Shown in pieces: positions 1-7,819 of a DNA stretch of 17,581 bases (position 1 is the first letter of the stretch; each line of letters starts with the position of its first letter). This DNA comes from an uncultured archaeon. Lineage in GTDB: Archaea > Asgardarchaeota > Thorarchaeia > Thorarchaeales > Thorarchaeaceae. The stretch is taken from NCBI GenBank assembly GCA_964610875.1, contig CAZSWP010000029.1:32410-49990 (forward strand), read 5' to 3'. Made by a program: the position numbers and the translations under genes. The notes beneath the pieces are model-generated. The model ran no database searches, was not told the DNA's origin, and saw only the letters and a list, made by a program, of their open reading frames with translations.

Positions 1-423
1 TATGATTATTCACCTTGGAGTGTAACTATGTTAGATGGCACCCGACAGTGGTTGAATGTAAGTCGTGAAGGTATTGACGATTTGGAAGACCTTCTTGATC
101 TGAGATTAATATCCATTCTTAGACTCAGCACTGCCAAATATGGTTATATTACTGCTTACAGCCTCACGGAGCTAGGAATTGACCTTATCAAAACAATATC
201 TGAAGAATTGAAGAGAGAAGTCCGAAATCTGCTATATGGAGAGTGTAAACAACCCCGACCAATTCTGATTCATGACCGAAAATTCTACTTCAAATGTCCA
301 GAATCAGATAAGGAGGTATACATTCCAATCGATGAGATTGAAGATGTGCCATATAGATCTGAGGCATACTTGCCGACACATCTGTCCAAACATAAGAATA
401 CTTCTGGAGGAGATAAACGGTGA
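1..423 (+). CDS. Uncharacterised winged-helix-like protein with degenerate Zn-ribbon-like C-terminal part (probably 5'-truncated by window edge)
   Basis: Frame 1 is open from base 1 (YDYSPWSVT-MLDG...), so the gene probably starts upstream; a GGAGTG at 17-22 means ATG 28 cannot be excluded. The helix 'DDLEDLLDLRLI' followed by 'AYSLTELG' matches the YxLTxxG wing pattern of wHTH domains. Two Cys (GECKQ...FKCPES). Stop TGA 421-423 overlaps the next GTG. Confidence 0.7.
   Translation, partial: YDYSPWSVTMLDGTRQWLNVSREGIDDLEDLLDLRLISILRLSTAKYGYITAYSLTELGIDLIKTISEELKREVRNLLYGECKQPRPILIHDRKFYFKCPESDKEVYIPIDEIEDVPYRSEAYLPTHLSKHKNTSGGDKR
406..410 (+). promoter_or_regulatory. Shine-Dalgarno GGAGG for the GTG start at 420
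   Basis: GGAGG 9 nt before GTG; GTGA start/stop overlap at 420-423. Confidence 0.75.
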
Positions 424-2174
424 ATGCTTCCACAATAAAAGACGAACTTACCGAATCAATCCAATTGAAAAATGTACGAGTGTTACTTAGTGAGTATATA
501 CCCTGTGATAGGAATATTCTGGAATCCATCGGTAAGAAAATCATGTCAGGTAGGGAAACTCAGGGGGAATTTGTTACAATGTTAATGGATGAGGTTCCCG
601 AGAGTACAATCTTCACCTCTGAGAAGATGTGTAATTCCATTCGTGTTATCGATTCATTACCAACCGAATACATAACTTGCGAAGCGTCAATTCAAGACCC
701 CACTGATGTCGAAGTGGAACAAAAAGAGCAAGTTGGTATCTATCTCAGTCATGATGGTCATATCATTTATGGTGCCCATATAACCGAAGTAGATGGTAAA
801 CTTGACATCTCGAAAGATGGGGTATCATTGGACAAACTAGCACGAATCATAATCGATCTTTCATACGATACATCACTGATGATGGATACCTTACTCACAC
901 AGCATCAGCGACGTCTAATGGAATGTGTATACAAGGGCACCTCTAGTAGCAGATACAAGTTTGTTGGAATTCTTGCTGAGAATATTGAGCCCCATTTTGA
1001 TGATCCTGAAGACTACATGGATGATGAGGAATATCAAAATGAGCTTGAACAGATACTAGATGATTTAGTTTTCGCTCATAAAAACGAACGCGATGGTAGT
1101 ATAATTCTCTCTGGCGAATCTGGAATCATGGTGACATCAAAATCCTGCGAAAAGTACGAATCTGTGGTCACATACTATTCCTTACTCAGAGGTTCAGAGA
1201 TATTTGTTAATGCACTCTTTGATCGCGTGTCTTTGTTATGGGATGAACTGGCAGATGTGAGAAAACTAATTGATAAAACAACTGAGGGGGACCATACAGT
1301 CATCACAAAGGCACAAAATATCCTCACAGATGCTTCTGCAAACTTCACCATTATCAAATCAATTGGCGGATATCTTACTAGAGGGTTCGAGTTAATTCAT
1401 GAAGGATGGAAGGATGAAAGCACGAAGATAGATGCCGAAATACTATCTGTAATTGACTTGGAATCAACACTATATCGAATCGTATCAAGAATCAATGATG
1501 CTGAAATCGATTTGAAGAGTCTTGAGAGCGAGGTTGAGGGTCTCCAGACACTCCTCTCAACACAGATTGAACAGCAGATGAGGCGTGTCTATAGTGCACT
1601 CAGAGACAACACTCGGAGCACAACTGAAGTCATAAGGGCCAGTGAACGCACTGGTAATGTCCTAGATGTCATCGAGCTAATCCTCTCCGGAACAATTGCT
1701 TTTGATATTGTATTTGCGTTAACTGGTGAATATGTCACTGAATTTGCTCTTTTCCCAACGGAGAATCCTGTTCTCTTCTTTACTCTGGCAATTGGGCTGT
1801 GGGGCGTAATCGTGATTGCTCTGAAGAAGAGCATGGATTGGCTTGAATCAAAGGTGGAGAAGAGTCATCTTACTCGGATTACCCTCAATGCCAAGTGCAG
1901 CATTGAGAAATTGGAAGCATATATTGATCAAGTTGAAACTGTTTCAATTGATGAAGAGCTTCAAAAAGACCGTTCAGCAGTGAGAGTAACTTACCACTAC
2001 AAATCACCCTTCATCGAAGGTGAAACAAAAGTGACAATTTCATATGATCGAAGAAATGCCATAATTCAAGATGTGATTATTGAAACAAGTGCAATGGATG
2101 TCACATTGATTAAGAACGGAGTTATTGAAAAGCTCCGTCAAACATGTCTTATGGAAAACCAATTAGCGCTATGA
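420..2174 (+). CDS. Uncharacterised membrane protein: large soluble domain, long coiled coil, two TM helices, C-terminal soluble domain (CorA-like topology)
   Basis: 584-aa ORF with SD. Heptad-like helix at aa ~357-411 (RINDAEIDLKSLESEVEGLQ...), hydrophobic segments at aa ~414-436 and ~450-468, acidic patch at aa ~192-215. No GMN signature. Confidence 0.75.
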   Translation: MNASTIKDELTESIQLKNVRVLLSEYIPCDRNILESIGKKIMSGRETQGEFVTMLMDEVPESTIFTSEKMCNSIRVIDSLPTEYITCEASIQDPTDVEVEQKEQVGIYLSHDGHIIYGAHITEVDGKLDISKDGVSLDKLARIIIDLSYDTSLMMDTLLTQHQRRLMECVYKGTSSSRYKFVGILAENIEPHFDDPEDYMDDEEYQNELEQILDDLVFAHKNERDGSIILSGESGIMVTSKSCEKYESVVTYYSLLRGSEIFVNALFDRVSLLWDELADVRKLIDKTTEGDHTVITKAQNILTDASANFTIIKSIGGYLTRGFELIHEGWKDESTKIDAEILSVIDLESTLYRIVSRINDAEIDLKSLESEVEGLQTLLSTQIEQQMRRVYSALRDNTRSTTEVIRASERTGNVLDVIELILSGTIAFDIVFALTGEYVTEFALFPTENPVLFFTLAIGLWGVIVIALKKSMDWLESKVEKSHLTRITLNAKCSIEKLEAYIDQVETVSIDEELQKDRSAVRVTYHYKSPFIEGETKVTISYDRRNAIIQDVIIETSAMDVTLIKNGVIEKLRQTCLMENQLAL

Positions 2175-2236
2175 GATTGATGGACCGACGAAGATAAAAT
2201 GTGCTTTTCAACTCAACTCATAGGAGAAATTTCAGG

Positions 2237-2932
2237 ATGCGTGTTGTTTCTATACTTGACATAAGTCTAGTTGATGTCCCTGGAATCCCTGTTTCAGTCA
2301 TCTTTACTGCTGGCTGCAACTTTGATTGTCCATTTTGTCAGAATGCTGATGCTCTCCCACTTGATTCAGGAGAAGAAATGACCATAGACCATATAGTCAA
2401 GCAGCTAAAAGATTCGTTAGCTGACGGTGTTTGTGTGACTGGAGGGGAGCCTACAATCCAGAAGGAACTTCCTTTACTATTATCAGAGATGCAAAAGATT
2501 GATCTTGGTCATATTAATTTAAACACTCAAGGTTCTGTGCCAAGTATCTTGAAAAACTCGTTACCATTTTTGGATTCCATTTGGCTCGATATCAAAGCAT
2601 CAGCTGAAAATTATCAAAGAGTATGTAGAACTAAAGAGAATCCCTGGAATCGTGTAAAGCAGAGTATTGACCTGATAATGGCTTCGAATGTGGAATTCTG
2701 GCCGCGAACCACCTACGCAGGTAATTTGATGGATATAGGTGATTTGCGCTGGATATTGAGATATCTAGAGGATATAGGTTTTGAAGGACGATATACAATA
2801 CAAAACTATGTGGCTTCTACTGGAGTTAGAGAGGAAGAGAAACCAAATCTCAGAGTGCCTGAGATTGAAGAGGTGGATATCATAAAGGATGAAGTACCAA
2901 CGGGAATTGAACTTGACCTACAATGGCGTTGA
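2237..2932 (+). CDS. nrdG: Radical SAM protein, anaerobic ribonucleotide reductase activating enzyme (NrdG2)-like
   Basis: CNFDCPFC (CxxxCxxC), GGEPT, N-terminal 'SLVDVPG..SVIFTAGCN' typical of the NrdG2/PFL-activase family. ATG 2237 with AGGAGA at 2222-2227 is preferred over GTG 2201. Confidence 0.8.
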   Translation: MRVVSILDISLVDVPGIPVSVIFTAGCNFDCPFCQNADALPLDSGEEMTIDHIVKQLKDSLADGVCVTGGEPTIQKELPLLLSEMQKIDLGHINLNTQGSVPSILKNSLPFLDSIWLDIKASAENYQRVCRTKENPWNRVKQSIDLIMASNVEFWPRTTYAGNLMDIGDLRWILRYLEDIGFEGRYTIQNYVASTGVREEEKPNLRVPEIEEVDIIKDEVPTGIELDLQWR

Positions 2933-2982
2933 CTTACATTCTACTTTAAAAGGCCTGAATGACAAAGAACCACAGGATTACC

Positions 2983-2990
2983 TTTATAAA
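2983..2990 (+). promoter_or_regulatory. Putative TATA box for psmA
   Basis: TTTATAAA about 63-70 nt upstream of ATG 3053; SD GGAG at 3039-3042. Confidence 0.55.
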
Positions 2991-3052
2991 CGCCGTTCTG
3001 TTTTCGTTTCGGTGACCGTATTTGGTCTTATTCATACTGGAGTCAAATAATC

Positions 3053-3793
3053 ATGTTTCCTACTCAGAGTATGGGCTACGATAGAGCAATCACAGTTTTT
3101 AGCCCTGAAGGACGTCTATATCAAGTTGAATATGCCACCGAAGCAGTACGTCATGGTCCATTAGCTGTAGGTGTTAAAGTAAAAGATGGTGTAGTATTAG
3201 CTGGTGAGAAACGTTCACCAAATCCTTTAGTTGACTTAACAACACTAAAGAAAATCTTACTAATTGATGACCATGTTGGTACAGCTATTGCTGGGCTCCA
3301 CGCAGATGCTAGGAAACTTATTGATCAGGCTCGTGTACGAGCACAGATTAACAGACTCAGTTATGATGAACCAATAACCATCCAATCTCTGGTTGTGGAT
3401 ATCTGTGACACAAAACAGATGCATACCCAATATGGAGGAGTACGACCCTTTGGTGTTTCTCTTCTCGTTGCTGGTATTGACGATATGGGTCCACAGCTTT
3501 ACACAACTGATCCCTCTGGCTCATTTTGGGGCTGGAAAGCAACAGCCATTGGTAAAGAGTCTGACGTTGTTCGGGAGTACTTCAAAGACAAATACAAAGA
3601 AGGCATGAATCTTGATGGAGCACTCAAGCTTGCATTAGATGGTCTCTTTGATGCACGTGGGGAAACAAGCGAAGAAAATCCCGCTGAAAAGGCAATGAAT
3701 ATCGAGATTGGTATAATTAAAACTGATGACAAGATGTTCAAGATTCTTACCCAAGAAGAAGTCGAGAAAGTACTGACTCCCGAGAAATCTTAA
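3053..3793 (+). CDS. psmA: 20S proteasome alpha subunit
   Basis: N-terminal signature GYDRAITVFSPEGRLYQVEYA, plus KILLIDDH, GLHADAR, QYGGVRPFGVSLL, TDPSG, ATAIG. Confidence 0.97.
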   Translation: MFPTQSMGYDRAITVFSPEGRLYQVEYATEAVRHGPLAVGVKVKDGVVLAGEKRSPNPLVDLTTLKKILLIDDHVGTAIAGLHADARKLIDQARVRAQINRLSYDEPITIQSLVVDICDTKQMHTQYGGVRPFGVSLLVAGIDDMGPQLYTTDPSGSFWGWKATAIGKESDVVREYFKDKYKEGMNLDGALKLALDGLFDARGETSEENPAEKAMNIEIGIIKTDDKMFKILTQEEVEKVLTPEKS

Positions 3794-4140
3794 TCAGTTT
3801 CATCGGACAGCAAGTTACATTCAAAACATGATTTCTTGGACGCTTTCTTTATTGCGTCTGCCAATCCGTCCTCGAGTGGAATTCCTGTGAGAGACCTATC
3901 ACATATGCGAATCATTGGTGATTCAGAAATGATTTCAAAATAGTTCTCATTCATATTCTCCGTGTCAATTTCATGAATGACCTTTTCTGGGAGGCCCTGC
4001 TTCGTAACTGCTTCTTGTAGCATCGCTCTTGCAGCATCACAGAAATGACAATTTGCTGACCTGTAAACTGCGATACAACCGCTCCTTCCACAAGCGGTAG
4101 TCTGTCCTTTATGGACATAAGTTCCCTCGTTTGGACTCAT
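3790..4140 (-). CDS. Thioredoxin/glutaredoxin-fold protein (CHFC) with extra cysteines
   Basis: Beta strand IAVY then CHFC and a helix; 'HEIDT'; cis-Pro-like 'SPMIRI'; 'LTGIP'. ATG 4140 is preferred because the extension to 4218 looks non-coding. Stop overlaps the psmA stop (TTAA 3790-3793). Confidence 0.7.
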   Translation of the reverse strand: MSPNEGTYVHKGQTTACGRSGCIAVYRSANCHFCDAARAMLQEAVTKQGLPEKVIHEIDTENMNENYFEIISESPMIRICDRSLTGIPLEDGLADAIKKASKKSCFECNLLSDETD

Positions 4141-4236
4141 CTCTCTTCGCGTCGCTCGTCTATGAATACTTAATGAACCAATGTGTTTCTGCAATACTCT
4201 TCTGATAATATTCATCACAGATTAGTGTGCAAGATA

Positions 4237-5124
4237 CTATTTCTTTACCTTCTCAACTAGATGGTCAACAATCATACCCGCGATGTCTAATTCTGTCACT
4301 CGTGCTAGTGCACTCCATGAAGGTGCTGCATTGGCTTCTATCACTACAGGACCATCCTCTGACTCCAAGATATCAACACCGGTATAGTCTAAATTCATGA
4401 CTTCCGCTGTCTTGATTGCAGTCTCGATATATTCCTCCGGAAGGTCCTCTGCGAGTTCGGCTCTTCCTCCACCATGTACATTGGTTCGCCATTCTCCTTC
4501 ATGGCCTTCTGGAAGATAACGGTACATTGCAGCTATGAATTGCCCTCCGATAACAAAGGCTCTAATATCACGTCCTGGTTTATTCACCATCTCTTGTACA
4601 TAGAGTACTTGTCCTAACTGATGGACGAATTTCATAGCTCGGTATGTGAGTTCGGGATGTTCTGCACGAATTGCTCCTAAACCCCTAGCTCCTATGAGAG
4701 GTTTAATGATGACGTCGTCATTCTCGTGGATGAACTCAATGCCAGCTTCTAGGTTCTCACCAATGAATGTCTTTGGTACTTTGATGCCTGCTTTGTGAAG
4801 GGCAGTGAGGGTTGCATACTTATCTTTTGCACGACGGAACGAATATGCTGGATTCATGACATAGATGCCCGCATCCTCGAAATGCTCCAGAACACTGATT
4901 CTGAAGGTTATCTGGTCTCCAGTCCCAAATCCGATTGTTCTTACTATCATTCCTTGAGCATCTGAAAAATCAACATCATTGAATATGAACCGATGCGGGA
5001 TTTGGGCACCAACATCAGCAAGTCTGATGGGCATGACTCGATGGCCTCTGTCTTCCATGGATTTGATGAGGCCTGCTGTAGCCCAATTATTGATATTCTC
5101 GTGGTACGTTATTGTAAGGAGCAT
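4237..5124 (-). CDS. RimK-family ATP-grasp alpha-L-glutamate ligase (MptN/Orf5-like)
   Basis: DKY, VPKT, IIKPLIGARGLG, YVQE, DIRAFVIG, WRTNVHGGG, GVDI, EANAAPSW. 'GTGDQITFRISVL' resembles the methanopterin-associated Orf5/MptN subgroup. ATG 5124 gives a typical length of about 295 aa. Confidence 0.88.
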   Translation of the reverse strand: MLLTITYHENINNWATAGLIKSMEDRGHRVMPIRLADVGAQIPHRFIFNDVDFSDAQGMIVRTIGFGTGDQITFRISVLEHFEDAGIYVMNPAYSFRRAKDKYATLTALHKAGIKVPKTFIGENLEAGIEFIHENDDVIIKPLIGARGLGAIRAEHPELTYRAMKFVHQLGQVLYVQEMVNKPGRDIRAFVIGGQFIAAMYRYLPEGHEGEWRTNVHGGGRAELAEDLPEEYIETAIKTAEVMNLDYTGVDILESEDGPVVIEANAAPSWSALARVTELDIAGMIVDHLVEKVKK

Positions 5125-5147
5125 ACTTTCTGGGACTCGGGTGTGCG

Positions 5148-5153
5148 TAAAAA
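5148..5153 (-). promoter_or_regulatory. Putative TATA-like box for a leaderless RimK-family transcript
   Basis: Minus strand reads CAAAGGC-TTTTTA, 24-29 nt upstream of ATG 5124, with no SD. Confidence 0.4.
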
Positions 5154-5248
5154 GCCTTTGAATTAGAGATAAATAATATGATCCCCGATCCATACAAAAG
5201 AATCAGGTCTTACCATCCATAAACCAGTTAGTGATAAGTAAAGATTCA

Positions 5249-5256
5249 TTTAAATA
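5249..5256 (+). promoter_or_regulatory. Putative TATA box for the 7TM histidine kinase
   Basis: TTTAAATA about 35 nt upstream of ATG 5291 in an AT-rich divergent intergenic region. Confidence 0.4.
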
Positions 5257-5290
5257 AAAAATATACCTAATATAACCGGGTTGTGTATAT

Positions 5291-6595
5291 ATGCAAAGCT
5301 TTTCCTTGATTGACCCAGCTCAAGCTATTCTTATTGAAACCTTCATTGCACTAGTCCTACTTGTAACATATGGCCTTTATAGGTATTCAATGGAATTACG
5401 ATACAAATTGTGGTCTATTGGATGGTTTATATTCGCAATATCCGCTACATCAAGTCTCCTCTCACAGGGAATCGGATTGGTTGAAACCGATTTCATCGCT
5501 ATCTCGGGAATGCTCATATCATCAGTATTGATATTGGACGGAGTAAATAATCACAAACGACGAGGAACTAGTTTGCTCATATTTCCGCTATCGATAATAT
5601 TTAGTTATATATCAGTACGTTTTGCCATTCTTTATGGTGTTTCATATGGCTTGGCTTTTACTCCCCCTGGAATTATTGTCGCTTATTCTTGTTTTTGTGC
5701 TGCATCAAAATTCAAAGTTATGACAGTGATTAGGAATTCAGATTATTGGGCAGTAGTGATTGGATTTGTGATATGGAGTATCTCTAATCTTCTATATCTG
5801 CCTTTTCAAATGTTATTGTTGTTGGATTTACAAGTAATTATAATGTCAGCAAGTATTATCATGACAGGGTCAGGATTATTAGCACATCAAATCAGTAAAA
5901 CTACAAGTAATTATAGAACGCAATATCAGCTATCACAATTACTAAATGGAATTATACAACATGATATAAGGAATTATACTAGTAACATTCGCGAAGCAAT
6001 AGTTCAGGCTAATAATTCAGAATCTGACACAACATTTTGGTTGGATTTGGCATCAGAAATTATTGATTCTATGCATGATTTCATATTAGAGATTCGAAAT
6101 ATTTCTGCATCTGTAACTCGTTTCGAAATAGAAAAGATGCCACTTGAACTAAATACCATTTTAACAGAAGTGATAAGTAGAATCCAAAGAGAATATGACC
6201 TTACAACTGATAACATCGAAATGAACATCTCTAAGGATTTGGTCATATGCAATTGCAAAATAGTAAATGAACTCTTTTGGAACATTATAGATAATTCTTT
6301 CAAACATGGAGCTGATAAGGTAAGAATAGATGTCTATTCTATATCCACAGACGAAATCCAGATTGAACTTTCTGACAATGCTGGAGGTATGTCACCAGAA
6401 ATTCAAACATTTCTTAACAATTCTGAATCTTTATCAAACCCAGAAGCTCCTGGAGCTGGGTTAGGAATCATCCTGATAAGAGGATTGACAACTCTCTGTG
6501 GCATCTCGATGAGAGTAATTGACTTGGTGACGGATCAAAAAGTGATTGGTTCAATATACAGAATGGGTTTAGAACGGTATATTGAACAAATATAG
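5291..6595 (+). CDS. Membrane sensor histidine kinase with seven predicted TM helices
   Basis: Seven hydrophobic segments in aa 1-200; H-box QHDIRN; N-box WNIIDNSFKH; G1 DNAGG; G2 GAGLG. Confidence 0.88.
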   Translation: MQSFSLIDPAQAILIETFIALVLLVTYGLYRYSMELRYKLWSIGWFIFAISATSSLLSQGIGLVETDFIAISGMLISSVLILDGVNNHKRRGTSLLIFPLSIIFSYISVRFAILYGVSYGLAFTPPGIIVAYSCFCAASKFKVMTVIRNSDYWAVVIGFVIWSISNLLYLPFQMLLLLDLQVIIMSASIIMTGSGLLAHQISKTTSNYRTQYQLSQLLNGIIQHDIRNYTSNIREAIVQANNSESDTTFWLDLASEIIDSMHDFILEIRNISASVTRFEIEKMPLELNTILTEVISRIQREYDLTTDNIEMNISKDLVICNCKIVNELFWNIIDNSFKHGADKVRIDVYSISTDEIQIELSDNAGGMSPEIQTFLNNSESLSNPEAPGAGLGIILIRGLTTLCGISMRVIDLVTDQKVIGSIYRMGLERYIEQI

Positions 6596-6720
6596 CAGCT
6601 TAGTACTAAACCTATGATATGACTCTCTTACTCGGTCATATTATTCTTTAAACCTTCCATATATGAATTTAGTGAATGAAAAACTTGATTTATTGCTTTA
6701 CTATAGAATTCTTGGTTTTT

Positions 6721-7779
6721 ATGAAAAGAAAAGATGCTGGAAGGGAGTCTTTCGAGAAACTCAAACGGGTTACACATCAAGTCATCTGTATGAGGAATAT
6801 ATCAAGATTACTTGGCGAGCATATCAATAAAACACACGATGTCCTGTACAACCTAGTACATTTGATTCCTGAAGGTTGGCAATATCCAAATATTACTTGT
6901 ACAAGAATAAAAGCTGGTGGTTATGATGTTAAGTCAGAAAATTTTGAGGAAACAGAATGGAAACAAGTAGTGAAAATACAATCTTCTACAAATAGATGGG
7001 GACAAATAGAAGTATATTATCTGGAGAAGAAACCAGAGCTAGATGATGGCCCATTCTTAGCAGATGAAAGATATCTCTTAGAAACTATAGCAAGTGAACT
7101 TGGAATGTTTTTTGAACATAAGAACACTGAAGCAATTAAAGAAAGGCAACATAAGGAATTGAATCTATATTCCTCTATCCTTCGACATGATATATTGAAT
7201 GATATCGGTGTTATCCTTGGGAATATTGACATCCTCAATGAAATATTGAACCATGACGATGAAACTAGTGAGATTCTTACTACAATTGAGACTTTATGTG
7301 TAAGAATGACCGGTATGCTTAGGATATTCACAATAAAACCCAACGAATTGGAAACCAACATCACTGATATCATCCAAGAATCACGCAAGACAGCTTCGAA
7401 TGCTTATCAGAAAATGGTTATCAAGCTACATATAGAAGATGATTCTAAGAATCTAAAGACACCATTCAGTAGACTATTACCTTTCGTATTCGATAATCTA
7501 TTTCGAAATACAGCCAAATATGCTGGATTGGATTCCCATATTGAAATTCATGTTCAGAGAAAAGAGGACAGTATCTGCATCCGCTTTTCTGACAATGGTC
7601 CTGGGATCCCTAAGGAAGTAAAGGAAGACCTCTTTGAAAAGGGAGTATCAACAAGTGGCGGAGGTCTTGGACTTTATCTCTCAAGAATGATACTTGCAAT
7701 CATAAACGGTGAGATTCAGCTTGTCGATATCAAAGGGAATAGTGGAGCTATTTTTGAGATTTCCCTCCCTCTCATATAA
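6721..7779 (+). CDS. Cytoplasmic histidine kinase with N-terminal GAF-like ('WQYP...GPFL..ER') domain
   Basis: H-box RHDILN; N-box DNLFRNTAKY; G1 DNGPG; F-box LFEKG; G2 GGGLG. The start is uncertain (6676 or 6721). Confidence 0.88.
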   Translation: MKRKDAGRESFEKLKRVTHQVICMRNISRLLGEHINKTHDVLYNLVHLIPEGWQYPNITCTRIKAGGYDVKSENFEETEWKQVVKIQSSTNRWGQIEVYYLEKKPELDDGPFLADERYLLETIASELGMFFEHKNTEAIKERQHKELNLYSSILRHDILNDIGVILGNIDILNEILNHDDETSEILTTIETLCVRMTGMLRIFTIKPNELETNITDIIQESRKTASNAYQKMVIKLHIEDDSKNLKTPFSRLLPFVFDNLFRNTAKYAGLDSHIEIHVQRKEDSICIRFSDNGPGIPKEVKEDLFEKGVSTSGGGLGLYLSRMILAIINGEIQLVDIKGNSGAIFEISLPLI

Positions 7780-7819
7780 GCAGTGTTCTCTTGTATACAT
7801 AGTAGCAACAACACCAAGG

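Noticed and set aside
1350-1385. KSIGGYL in the 584-aa protein as a glycyl-radical site for the adjacent activase
   Set aside because: It does not match RVxG(Y/F), is mid-protein within a helix rather than in a C-terminal Gly loop, and the protein has no GRE barrel features.
3790-4140. Small Cys-rich protein as a LysW-type carrier for the RimK/LysX-like ligase
   Set aside because: It is too long, has a thioredoxin pattern, lacks the EDWGE terminus, and no lysine or arginine biosynthesis genes are nearby.
5291-5900. 7TM domain as a rhodopsin
   Set aside because: There is no retinal-binding Lys in the seventh helix (VIIMSASIIMTGSGLLAH) and no counter-ion motif.
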